64,000 bases of DNA. Source: Bdellovibrionales bacterium. GTDB lineage: Bacteria; Bdellovibrionota; Bdellovibrionia; Bdellovibrionales; UBA1609. The position numbers and the translations under genes were made by a program. This document shows positions 8,790-18,763 of this stretch, one piece after another (within the stretch, counting starts at the first letter, position 1; every line of letters starts with the position of its first letter). The notes below the pieces were generated by a model that worked only from the letters and a program-made list of their open reading frames with translations, searched no databases and was not told the origin of the DNA. The stretch spans positions 192,001-256,000 of the forward strand of contig CBDHDF010000010.1 of the NCBI GenBank assembly GCA_965261545.1, given 5' to 3'.

Positions 8790-10963
8790 TTAATGTTCTC
8801 CTTGTCTGGTTGGTACATCCAAGGTTTTTCATCATACTGACTTGGGACCCAAATAGCTAAAGTAGGAACTTCTTTATGAATCAATTCTCCTTCAAATCTA
8901 ATATCTAATGTATGAACTTGTATTGTTAGCTGTTCATTATTTTTTATATCTCTATCACCGGGGTATGTAGCTCCTCTCAAACGCTTCGGTGCAACTGGTG
9001 CTTCACCTTGAAATAATTGACTTATTTCACCGCTTTCACTTACACTTCTGAGCCTAGGCTTTCTAGAGTTAATTAAATAAATTTCACATTCTTCACTATC
9101 GTGGTCCTGAAGAAAAGATGCAATTTGCAGCAGAACTCTAGTATAGCGATCAGAATCATTTTTGGACATTATGTATTCTGTCAAGTAATCTTTATATAGT
9201 TGTATTAAGGGGATTTTTTTTGAAACACAGTGTCTTTGTGCGTCTGTGCGATTTTCATGTCCAACATCTTCTACAAAACGAAAGGTCTCAGATAAATTGT
9301 TTACTATTTTTTTATTATTCTCAATATTTGCTGATAAATGAGGTGCTTTTTGTTCAAACCAGCTATCACTATACAATCCTCTCCGACAGTCCATTTTTAA
9401 TATATTTCTACGAGTAGGTCTTAAATTTGAATCAAGAAAAAAAACTCTCTTCCAATCTTTCAAGGGTTTGTTTGCACTTATATGTTCAGATAAAGAGTTT
9501 CTAAGATCAGATTCATGATCAACATAACTTTGAAATGCACTCAATGAATTATTTTCTAGAAAAATTCTACAATGCCCTAAGTAGTCTTTCTTATACCCAT
9601 AGAACCTAGCTCTTTGCTGAATAGTATCTGCATTTCCAACTCCAGGTCCTCGAGGCATATAAGTCACTGTTAAGCCTTCTACAGTGTAGCCTCGATCCAT
9701 TGATTGGCCACCAATTAAAATATGAGAGTAATTAGAGCACCAAAGTACTGTTGGCGTAGAGCCTCTTGAAGTATTCAATTCAGTAATACTAGTTTGTCGG
9801 ATACTTCTTTTTAAATTTTTTCTAATTGCATCAAACTGCGGGAAATTATTAACTGTCTCTTTTAAATCCTTATATCCTTCATCCTCAAAGCTATTTATAA
9901 GATCATACTGATCTGAATCACCAGGCGTTTGATCGAGTAAGTTTAGCCATTGGTGTTTAATAGAATTTATCCATTCTGAATACTGAGCATGATCCATAAT
10001 GAGTCTAGACGGATGAACCATCATTGAACGGTTTCCTTGTGTATCTCCGTTGCAATAATTTGCTGCAACGGAAGTATAAAAAATTTTTAAAGCCCTTAAT
10101 AAGGATGATGGAGGAGATGAAATAGGATTATCTCTTCCTGGTATTTCGTTATCAGGAATAACATTTATTATCCTCGGAACAGAAAAAAGATCTGTCCCCC
10201 CTATATACTCCTCTCCAGGAGTTAAAAGTTGAGCAAATTCAGGAGACAAAACATCAATAAATTCAATAAGCAATGGGGCCTGAGGAGTTGCTGTATATTG
10301 TAAATATGTGTGATATGGGAGAGCATCCCGCAACTCTAATAGCTTGCTATGAGTTGTACTTAACTCTTTTGTGTCTTGACTAGCATTTGTATTAAGCCCT
10401 GCTTGATCTGCCTCATCATCAATGATTAAAGTCGGTTTTTTTTTTAAATCAGAATTTATTCTGTTTAAAATGGAAGAAAGATTTTGTATGTGACTATAAT
10501 GTTTCATTATAACAATTAAAGTCGATTGCTTTTCATCATCTGGAATAGATTCATCTGCCCATGTCTGTAAGGAAATTTCAATGGACTCCTCCTCTGTTAT
10601 TGATTTTGGGTTCTCAAATATAGACCACTTTCTGTCTTTTCTAGTATCAATTATCAAATCCCTCTTCAAGCGGCTTACTGTTTGCTCGAAAAGGCTTGTT
10701 GATGTACCTGCTATTATAATAATCAGTGGGAAATTATTATCTCTAGCCAGGCAAGAAACAGAAGTAAATGAGAGGGTTTTTCCACTTTGTATATAGCCAA
10801 TTACTAGCCCTGTCTTTTTATCTTTTCGTTTTTTTATATCTAAGAGGGATTGAGATATAATAGATTTAGACTCTTGAGTAATTTTTTTTGAAGAACTCTC
10901 ATCCAAATTTAATGAACTAAGTAATTTTTTAAATTCAGTTCCAACCGTAACTTTTTCAATCAT
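8774..10963 (-). CDS. Z1-domain protein with SF2 helicase-like ATPase motifs
   Basis: GYIQSGKT, IIDDEADQA, YTATPQA, SMMVHPS, DRGYTVEGLTVTY and QRARFYGY. Confidence 0.88.
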   Translation of the reverse strand: MIEKVTVGTEFKKLLSSLNLDESSSKKITQESKSIISQSLLDIKKRKDKKTGLVIGYIQSGKTLSFTSVSCLARDNNFPLIIIIAGTSTSLFEQTVSRLKRDLIIDTRKDRKWSIFENPKSITEEESIEISLQTWADESIPDDEKQSTLIVIMKHYSHIQNLSSILNRINSDLKKKPTLIIDDEADQAGLNTNASQDTKELSTTHSKLLELRDALPYHTYLQYTATPQAPLLIEFIDVLSPEFAQLLTPGEEYIGGTDLFSVPRIINVIPDNEIPGRDNPISSPPSSLLRALKIFYTSVAANYCNGDTQGNRSMMVHPSRLIMDHAQYSEWINSIKHQWLNLLDQTPGDSDQYDLINSFEDEGYKDLKETVNNFPQFDAIRKNLKRSIRQTSITELNTSRGSTPTVLWCSNYSHILIGGQSMDRGYTVEGLTVTYMPRGPGVGNADTIQQRARFYGYKKDYLGHCRIFLENNSLSAFQSYVDHESDLRNSLSEHISANKPLKDWKRVFFLDSNLRPTRRNILKMDCRRGLYSDSWFEQKAPHLSANIENNKKIVNNLSETFRFVEDVGHENRTDAQRHCVSKKIPLIQLYKDYLTEYIMSKNDSDRYTRVLLQIASFLQDHDSEECEIYLINSRKPRLRSVSESGEISQLFQGEAPVAPKRLRGATYPGDRDIKNNEQLTIQVHTLDIRFEGELIHKEVPTLAIWVPSQYDEKPWMYQPDKENIKCQNL

Positions 10964-10979
10964 ATTATATACCTCTTAC

Positions 10980-12542
10980 TTAATTGGATATTGCTTTTAT
11001 GATTTCATTAAAGTTCTTTCTAATCGTTCCGGCGTACTTTACACCACTACTACGAGCTATAACTTCAGCCAAACCAAGGGCTGCTGCTACTCTTAATAGA
11101 GACTCAATTCCTGTGCCGTCAGTCCCAGAAAATCTTTCAGTAAATGGGTGAATCAACGATAAGCGTAAGCTTGTTTTTTTGGCATCCTTCTTTTTTTCAA
11201 TATTTATAGGAAAAGGAATATCACTGACCTCCACCCAGTTACCTACTGATGGATCTGTAGATAACTGAATTAAAATTTGCCACTGTTGCTCCCTATATTC
11301 TAGTTCTATTGATTTATATGAAACAAGACTCTTTTTAGAGAGGTTTTCTGGCAAGGGGCGAGCATCCGTCTTTTTATCAATTCGCAACAGAACCGGAGGG
11401 ACCCCCTCTTCTATAGATTTAGCAGTATTCTCAGTAGCTTTTTCTATTTCTTTTTTTATTTTTTCTGGATTAAGTTTCGATCTATAGCCTTTTGCTTGTT
11501 GTATTAAAGGTAGAGTCTCTTCCATTAACTCTTCTTTTAGTAAGTCTAAAAATATCTCGCTATTTTCATCCCACTCAAATCCATCTTTTGTATGGCTAAC
11601 ATTAAAGCCATCCAAAAAAATTTCACCAAAAATTCTCTGATACTCAAAACTATTTGGTTTTCCAAATAGTTTTTCTGGGCGAAATCCCTCGTCTCCACTT
11701 CCCTGAATAAGTCTATTTCTTCTGAATAATGCCAGACCAGATTTTGAAGTATTCGCTCTTTCTCTTATTGCGATGAATCCAGATGCTCTTAAGTTTTCTC
11801 CGAAGTCAAAGTCAATATTTTTTTTCCATAATTTGTCTTCACCACTAGTATCTTTATAGTATGGAGCAAACAAAATATTTGGTTCAGTATAATCTATGAA
11901 TTCATTATTGAAAATTAAATCAAGTTCGCCTTCGCGTATAAAGAAGCGATAAATATCAGAAAGATGCTCCTTGATTTTTCCTAAGGTTCGTCCTTTCGGA
12001 GTTTTGTATAAATTGGATAGTGTAACTTCAGTAAAGTGATATTTCTTTTCTGTTTGGTTTGATTTTATTTCCAACTCTTCCTGACGATCCTGAACAATTC
12101 TATCAATATCAAAAAATACTTCCCTTTCTAATTCCTCCCCCAATGCAGTTGTCCTTACTTTCCAGTTAGGGGAAAACCAACAAGCAGCACTTTTCATTCC
12201 CATGCCAAATTCAGAAAGCCCAGTCCTATCTGGTGGAACTTCAGCCGCTCGGAAGGCTCTGTGGTAATCTTCTTCATGGATTCCTGCTGCATTATCTCTT
12301 ATAAGAATAATTCCTTCGTCGTTAGGGTCGATTTCAATTTGAACTCTCAATTTGTATTTTTTGTTTTCAGATGCTAATTCGCTTTTATATTTCTTATAGC
12401 TTTCTATGGCATTATCAATAAATTCTGCCAATGCAAACCAAGGCTTATAATTTATATGACGTAATACCGAAAGAATATTTACCCCTGGTCGTATATTAAC
12501 CCGACGAGAGTCATTCATGCTGATTCCCCAATCCCTTATCAT
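10980..12542 (-). CDS. MORC/MutL-like GHKL ATPase (HATPase_c_3)
   Basis: ALAEFIDNA, IRDNAAGI and SEFGMGMKSA GHKL motifs. First gene of the Z1-methylase operon. Confidence 0.88.
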   Translation of the reverse strand: MIRDWGISMNDSRRVNIRPGVNILSVLRHINYKPWFALAEFIDNAIESYKKYKSELASENKKYKLRVQIEIDPNDEGIILIRDNAAGIHEEDYHRAFRAAEVPPDRTGLSEFGMGMKSAACWFSPNWKVRTTALGEELEREVFFDIDRIVQDRQEELEIKSNQTEKKYHFTEVTLSNLYKTPKGRTLGKIKEHLSDIYRFFIREGELDLIFNNEFIDYTEPNILFAPYYKDTSGEDKLWKKNIDFDFGENLRASGFIAIRERANTSKSGLALFRRNRLIQGSGDEGFRPEKLFGKPNSFEYQRIFGEIFLDGFNVSHTKDGFEWDENSEIFLDLLKEELMEETLPLIQQAKGYRSKLNPEKIKKEIEKATENTAKSIEEGVPPVLLRIDKKTDARPLPENLSKKSLVSYKSIELEYREQQWQILIQLSTDPSVGNWVEVSDIPFPINIEKKKDAKKTSLRLSLIHPFTERFSGTDGTGIESLLRVAAALGLAEVIARSSGVKYAGTIRKNFNEIIKAISN

Positions 12543-12836
12543 TACCTTTTATACTAAATTGAATTTTTACAACCCCTCTATCCCGCATTTCTCACAAATT
12601 AAAAAATGTTCTTCTTTTGTAACCTTCATGGGGGCATCTTGCTTCTCCACCCAGAAGGTTACCTTCTTTTTTAATGAGAAATGGGAAAGTCACTTCCTTT
12701 TCCTATTATTTGTAAGAAATGCGAACTACGGCCCCATTGGTATGACGTGCGTCGTCATGCATTCTTTAAATTATAGGCTTACAAAGGGTCCTTAAATTTG
12801 TATTACTAAAAAAGATTCAAAAACTCTTCATAAACC

Positions 12837-13982
12837 TTAGTTTATAATCAAAACTCTTCCACTTGCAATGCTATCCATTTGGGGCATCACGTCAAGAATA
12901 TCTGTTGCACCTTTGACTTCAACCCCTGCAAGCCTGACATAAATCTGAAAGGTCTTGATGTCTCTCCAGCCACCGATTTTCATAACGGTGGCCTGATTGA
13001 CTCCAGAGGCCAGCATGTGAGTGGCAAAACAAGCTCTTAGTGAGTGAAAGACGACATTGCTTTCAATGCCCAAGCCTTTCAAATACTGCCGCAGTATCTC
13101 ACCAGCCTGACCATTCTTCCAAGCATAATGCCTTTCAAGAACAAAATCTTCTGGGCTTAGGTCGTCTTTTCTCAACTTCAGAATAACTGCTTTTAGATCA
13201 TTTGAAATAGGAACAGTTCTCCAGTACCCAGTCTTGGTGCTTTTGATCGTGCGGCGAGCGTTATTGTAGGACTTCGATACGGTTATGATCCCTTTTTCGA
13301 GGTCAATGTCCTTCCACTGAAGGGCCATTAATTCTCCGCTTCTCATGCCCGTGCAAATAGCAAAAGCCCATGTGGGATACCAAGGGTTGTTGCTTGTCTT
13401 GGCCTGCTTAAGAAGCACCCTCAGCTCATCTTTTGTGAGAATCTTAGGGACCCTTTCTTCCTTAGTTCCCACCGTCAAGCCTTCAGTGGGACTTGAGTGA
13501 ACACCTAAAGCGTATTTCTCTTCAACTGCCCACCTAAACACAACATTGACGGAAGATTTGATACTCCTTAAAAGACCAGTGCCAGCACCCTTGGCTTTTG
13601 CTGAATCTAGAACCTGTCTTCCATCACCCTTGGTTAAATCAGAGACCCTACAACTCCACCAAATTTGTGTGTAGTTTCTTAATCTGTTGACATGGGCCTG
13701 TACGATGGAGCGATCTGAGTACCTATCCCCAAGATGCCCAAAACGAGCTTTAATTTCCCATCGGTCTACAATCTCACCCCAAGTGAGACCACGACCTTCA
13801 AGTTTTGCAACCTCCTGAGTGACGCTCTGTAAGAGCTTTTTTTCAACTCTTAAGGCCTCCTTCAAAGTGGGGATGTTTTTCCTACTTCTCTGTAACCTTA
13901 GAGTTGGGCTGGCCTTCCCTCGTGCTTCAACAGAAACCCTAAAAAACTCCACTTCGTTCTTATTATAGATATTAATTGCCAT
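12837..13982 (-). CDS. Tyrosine recombinase / integrase
   Basis: TGMRSGEL (R), TKTG (K), FHSLR (HxxR), GGW and IY catalytic residues. Confidence 0.95.
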   Translation of the reverse strand: MAINIYNKNEVEFFRVSVEARGKASPTLRLQRSRKNIPTLKEALRVEKKLLQSVTQEVAKLEGRGLTWGEIVDRWEIKARFGHLGDRYSDRSIVQAHVNRLRNYTQIWWSCRVSDLTKGDGRQVLDSAKAKGAGTGLLRSIKSSVNVVFRWAVEEKYALGVHSSPTEGLTVGTKEERVPKILTKDELRVLLKQAKTSNNPWYPTWAFAICTGMRSGELMALQWKDIDLEKGIITVSKSYNNARRTIKSTKTGYWRTVPISNDLKAVILKLRKDDLSPEDFVLERHYAWKNGQAGEILRQYLKGLGIESNVVFHSLRACFATHMLASGVNQATVMKIGGWRDIKTFQIYVRLAGVEVKGATDILDVMPQMDSIASGRVLIIN

Positions 13983-14245
13983 TATAAGCCCTCCTTAAAT
14001 GCTGAGGTTTCAATAAGGACACAAAGCTCATCTTTTCTGAAGTAAAGTCTTCTCCGAAACTTCCTTGCTCTTAGAAGCCCTCTATGAACGAGAATCCTAA
14101 CCGCATTGGCACTTTTCCGAAGATATTGAGCCGCTTCTTCTGTTGTTAACCAAACTAAATTGTCAAAGAGCAAATCAGGGTCGTGCGTTTCGTGACTGGC
14201 ACCCTGACCTCTGTCACCTTTTGTTTGACAGTTATCTAAAATCAT
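13982..14245 (-). CDS. Excisionase-like HTH_17 protein
   Basis: WLTTEEAAQYLRKS...LYFRKDEL; its stop overlaps the integrase start. Confidence 0.85.
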   Translation of the reverse strand: MILDNCQTKGDRGQGASHETHDPDLLFDNLVWLTTEEAAQYLRKSANAVRILVHRGLLRARKFRRRLYFRKDELCVLIETSAFKEGL

Positions 14246-14316
14246 ATCAAAACCTCCTTAGTTGAACAATCATAAAATCCTTTAAAATCTCCATAACACA
14301 GCATACTTATCTAAAA

Positions 14317-14676
14317 CTATGTTTGATTTTGTGACAAATACTGATCGAAAACTTCCATCATTTTAAGTTCCAGTTGTTCTTTGGAGCCATTGAATTTGGT
14401 AAGTTTTTCTTTCAAAAAGGCTTCTTTCTTATCATTTAATGATAGAGAGTTCTCTTGGGACTTTTTGATAACCTTTTCCAATAGCCTCTCATCAGCAAGG
14501 TGAAAAAGAGCTTCCAGAATGTCTGCAGACCTTACTTTCCTTCCAAAACTCTTTTTGTTGGCTTTCTCAACAAGTCTTGAGACTTGCCTCATAAAGTCCT
14601 TGTTAAATCGAGCTAAAGAATAGTTCTTTTTTTTGGCGACCTTTTTTACGGGCTCTTGTATATTGTTTTGTTCCAT
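14317..14676 (-). CDS. Hypothetical basic protein, possibly DNA-binding
   Basis: 119-aa ORF with an AGGAGG RBS between relaxase and excisionase. Confidence 0.65.
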   Translation of the reverse strand: MEQNNIQEPVKKVAKKKNYSLARFNKDFMRQVSRLVEKANKKSFGRKVRSADILEALFHLADERLLEKVIKKSQENSLSLNDKKEAFLKEKLTKFNGSKEQLELKMMEVFDQYLSQNQT

Positions 14677-14698
14677 ATAGATACCTCCTGTTCGTTGT

Positions 14699-16598
14699 TT
14701 AAAATCCTAAACTTAAACCACGCTCTCTTTTTATGACCTTTTCTAATGAAAAAGATGAAACAGAGATGTAAAAGTTTTTGAGTTTGTTTCTTTGCTGTTC
14801 AATAAAACCATTTTGATGAGCTTGTTGCTCCTTATTTTCAGGCTCAACAAACTCAATGCTCTTGATATTCGGTCTTGTTGCTAGAAAAATGTGTAAAGAC
14901 TTCTCATTCAACCCTTTCAATACAAGAGAGGACTTGAAGTTGCCATTAATTATTTTTTTACCATTGACCTTCAAAAAAACTGATAAAATCAGTGTAAACA
15001 GTGATACGCTTCTCATTCATATAAGAGTGAATAGATGGAGTTTCTTTGCTTCCATAGTGTTGAGCTTTGTAACCTTTATCTGGATCCAGTGTGTACTGGA
15101 TAGCTTCTTTTTGCTCTTCATCTAAATAGAACCAAATGGCACCCTTCTTATCAACTTGGACTCTTTTTTGTTGAAAAAGATCGTCAGCGAATCTTTCATT
15201 GATCTTATGATGCTTGAAAAATTTTTGAATCTTTGCTTGAGCAACTCCTATATTTTCCTTTTGTATAGTGGGGGCGTAGAAAGATTTATAAGGTCTTTTT
15301 ACTTCCCCAAAATGTTTCTCCAAAAGCAAAAGATTTTTATTACCTGTGATCTTTGAAATGGCACTTAAAAAACTAACATCGCTGTGAAGACTGACAAGCT
15401 CAATAAGCGAACCCGTGGTTTTGTTTTGTGTGTTCACCCATCTATTGCCATTGATGACAACGTATTCTCGTTTCTTTAAAACAGTTTCACCCTTTTTGTT
15501 CTCAAGATATGGTATGTCGTGCTTCTTGCAATAATCTAGAATGTCACTGTTTGAGGCTCTTCTTATTTCACCAATAGGTACAATAGAGTTCCCAAGAGCA
15601 TCATTTGAAGGAAGAGGAGTCCTATCAGCACGGCGGTCACTTTTTGTATAAGAATTGTAATCTTTTTCGCTGATTTTTTGTGCATTTCCTCCAAACATTG
15701 ATAATGGGCTTGAAGTTCCCAAAGAATCTCTTCTTCCATCTTTAAAATCACTGATTCCATCTCTTATTTTCCTCCTTACTTGAGGTTGTTTTAGAAACAA
15801 CTCATCATTGGATTTGAACTTTTTAATGAGACCTGGTTTATCATAATAAGCACCCAACTTCTTACCTCTGATTCCCTTTTCATGTCCCGTATAGTAGTAA
15901 GTGATCGTCTTTTCGGTAATTGCTACTTGGATAGATAACTCATTCAATAGACTCACGTACTCATCAAAACTTGTTGCATAACTCCTCGCAAAATCAGCTT
16001 TTTGGAAAAGATCAAGTCGGTAAGAGTTGCCACCTCGACGTTGAATCTCTTTAACTTCCTGGGGCATATCTCTGTTCTTCTCTTTTGCAGTACTTCTGAT
16101 CGTGGAAAGTCCGTTTTCTTTTGAAATATCGTTAGAGATAGCTCTGAGATTGTAGAGATGTTTCTTTTTGTTTGCGACATCTCTTTTTCCTGTTTTTTCG
16201 TTCACTGGATTGACTAAAATGTGATTATGAGTCTTATCTGTATCCGTATGTGTGACCACCATAAATTCATGGTCTGGGAAATAGCGTTTGGCCAGTTCTG
16301 TTCCCATCACATTGATCTTTTCTGCTGACAGATGTTTGCTTTCTTCAGGACTGAAACTGTGAATCACCTCAAAGGCCACATTAAGGCCCTCACTGCGATA
16401 AGACTTATCTTTTCCAAAAAATGATTGAGTACGTTCAAATTGTTTAATTGCACCTCCAACGCAATTGTGGCAATCTACCACAATTTCAGTTTCTCTTTTT
16501 TTGAGCAAATACTTCTCATAGTCTTTTGCAGACATTTCCCTATTTTTAGAAATGTCTTTTCTCCATTTAATTTTTATGTATGCCATAGCCATAACCAT
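14699..16598 (-). CDS. MOBP-type relaxase with a C-terminal primase/Toprim-like extension, apparent frameshift near 14975
   Basis: MAYIKI (Tyr), VIHSFSPEE and HTDTDKTHNHILVN His motif. Removing one base from an A7 run at 14973-14979 joins ORF 14699-15016. Confidence 0.85.
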
Positions 16599-16977
16599 AG
16601 TGAATTTGATTCGTTAAAGTTTTGAATTGTTCCAAAGCTAAATCCAAAGTGTCACTCCATCCATGCATGAGACCGGAATTTAGTCGTCTGGCGACTTGAT
16701 TAAGATTATTTCCAATTCTATTCAAATCTTTTCTCAAAACAGCTAAATCATCTTTGTTCATCAGCACCTTCGTTGAAGGTTTGTCGAAGTAAGATTCCCG
16801 TAAAAGCTCAGGGATAGACTTGCCAGATGTCTTGCTGTCTTTTTGAATCCGACTATATTCAGAGGGAGACAGTCGCACACAGCTGGCACCACCTTTGATT
16901 ACTTTTGTTATGTTATTTTGACTCATTTGATCTCCTTTGTTTGTTAGTTTGAGAATTGTGTTTTCGCTTTTTTTCAT
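16567..16977 (-). CDS. mobC: Relaxosome accessory protein MobC
   Basis: RHH-like VRLSPSEY..I...SGKSIPELLR and the LNRIGNNLNQVARRLN signature; overlaps the relaxase start. Confidence 0.9.
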   Translation of the reverse strand: MKKSENTILKLTNKGDQMSQNNITKVIKGGASCVRLSPSEYSRIQKDSKTSGKSIPELLRESYFDKPSTKVLMNKDDLAVLRKDLNRIGNNLNQVARRLNSGLMHGWSDTLDLALEQFKTLTNQIHYGYGYGIHKN

Positions 16978-17124
16978 ATTTTTTTGTCACATCTTTTTTT
17001 TTGGTTTTGTTACTTTTATTTTCTTTGTTTGTTACTTATTTTTTTCTGTTTGAGTTAGTTGTATTTTTTAGTCATTTAGGGTCGTTTTTTTACATGCAAG
17101 TATGGTTTCAGATATCTGAACCCC

Positions 17125-17245
17125 AAAAAAGCTCCTGCGGAGCAGGGGGACTGCGCCCCTTTTTTGCTTGTTGAGGGCAAGCCCCCAAACCCCCTTGATG
17201 ACTGCTTCGCAGTCCCAAGGTGCTCGCTTCGCTCGCCTTTTCCCG
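17125..17245. promoter_or_regulatory. Putative oriT region
   Basis: GC-rich intergenic tract upstream of mobC with several short hairpins (CTCCTGC/GCAGGGG, GGGG..CCCC, GACTGC-TTC-GCAGTC). This position is typical for mobC-relaxase oriTs. Confidence 0.45.
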
Positions 17246-17268
17246 ATGTATTTTCGTCCCTCTCTGGC

Positions 17269-18762
17269 TCATAACACAGCTCCCGCAGCCTTCACAGCAA
17301 GGCTTGTTTTGTTCGCAGTATTGCTAGCTCCGCCAATAAATTCTGGAGCGGATTCTTGTTTGTTTTCCATCAGCATCGGCCTTAAAAAGAAGAAGACACT
17401 TCCCGTTGTGAGACTGGCCACTAATAATTGAATCCAAGAATAGATGGAGTAAAAATAGTACATCCTTGAACTCACAAGCTTGGCTCCATAGAGTGAGATT
17501 CCATCAGAAAAACGGCCCAATTCCTCCATTACTTCCACGGACTGGGCCATGCTGGTCATGATGTGGTAGAACAAAACCCACAGAGGAGTCCAAAGCAGAA
17601 CGGAAAAGTAAAGGACAAACCAATAAACAAGAACCTTCCACTTTCCAGCCACAACAAAGAAAATCAGGAAGGGGAAGATTGCCACCAGGGCCAGCTTTAT
17701 CAGCCCTGCAACATGGGGGGCACGGGCTAGGTGTTCACTGAATTTCTGGCTTCTTGTTGCAGCCTCAGAAGCTCCATGGGTGTCCGAAAATCCAAGAAAA
17801 GACATGACGGCATCGAAGGAAAACAGGCGGTTGAGATACTGAAAAACCCGTGCCGTTGTGCCTGGAAGTTGGGAACCTTTCATAATGCCCATCACGGATT
17901 CTTTATCTTCCAAATAGTGGTTTACGAGCATATTGGCCATGTGCATATTTTGGGCGGCCTCATCCCTGATGGGGTAGACATGTTTTCCACTGTTGCGGAT
18001 AAAAGTGATGTGGTGATCTATGGCGTACTGCTTTAAACCGTTTCGGACTTCTTTTTTCACATCAAGGCAAGAATAAAGGCTATCTTCTGTTTTGATTTCA
18101 ATTTCAGAGAGCTTCTGGTCTATGCCATTATCTTGGTTAAAGAAGGCGTTGAGCTTATCTTGGGCACGGGCTTCTCCAATAAGAGGCAAGGTCTTTTCAA
18201 AGCAATTTTCTGTGTAGAAGTGGACAAGCTCTTTGAGGTCTTGATCCTGAATGGTGGCCGTTCCCGAATACATAATGGCTTTGTAAAAGAAGTTGGGGGC
18301 ACCAAGCTGGGAGTGGGTTCTTGCCATCACATGGTCAATGATTCGACCAAGAAAGGCACTGGACTCCTCAGCCGTCCGGCTCAGAAGGTCAAAGATAAAG
18401 CTCACCTTTGCTTGATCTTTCACATCGCCATAGCGGGTTTTGATGTAGGGGTTGTCTTTCCAAGACTCTCCGTAATAATTCTTCACCCCCGTGGTCGAAC
18501 CCACTCGAAGTAGGGAAAGGCCCAGAAATAGACAAAAAATGACTTTGACAAAGGCTGCTAAGGGAATTTGCTTTCGTGTGACAATGGTTCCTGGCATATA
18601 GCGTGAGAAGAATCTGATCGTGGTGATAAAGAAGGCTGTGCCGAAAATAACAAGAACCATGGCTTTGAAAAAGACTTCTGATGTGATAGCCGCAATAAAC
18701 TGTGAGTGGAGTTCCAGGCCAAGATATTGGTATAAGGCTTCGTAGGCTGTGTTGCTGAACAT
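17269..18762 (-). CDS. TraG N-terminal-domain mating-pair stabilisation membrane protein
   Basis: Multiple TM segments flanking a periplasmic region with FYTENCF and SCLD cysteines, C-terminal AIFPF...VLLWTPLW. Start reassigned to ATG 18762 (GGAGG RBS). Confidence 0.7.
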   Translation of the reverse strand: MFSNTAYEALYQYLGLELHSQFIAAITSEVFFKAMVLVIFGTAFFITTIRFFSRYMPGTIVTRKQIPLAAFVKVIFCLFLGLSLLRVGSTTGVKNYYGESWKDNPYIKTRYGDVKDQAKVSFIFDLLSRTAEESSAFLGRIIDHVMARTHSQLGAPNFFYKAIMYSGTATIQDQDLKELVHFYTENCFEKTLPLIGEARAQDKLNAFFNQDNGIDQKLSEIEIKTEDSLYSCLDVKKEVRNGLKQYAIDHHITFIRNSGKHVYPIRDEAAQNMHMANMLVNHYLEDKESVMGIMKGSQLPGTTARVFQYLNRLFSFDAVMSFLGFSDTHGASEAATRSQKFSEHLARAPHVAGLIKLALVAIFPFLIFFVVAGKWKVLVYWFVLYFSVLLWTPLWVLFYHIMTSMAQSVEVMEELGRFSDGISLYGAKLVSSRMYYFYSIYSWIQLLVASLTTGSVFFFLRPMLMENKQESAPEFIGGASNTANKTSLAVKAAGAVL

Positions 18763-18763
18763 A

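Noticed and set aside
12837..14245. Prophage, suggested by integrase plus excisionase
   Set aside because: No terminase, capsid, tail or lysis genes; the neighbours are relaxase and T4SS genes.
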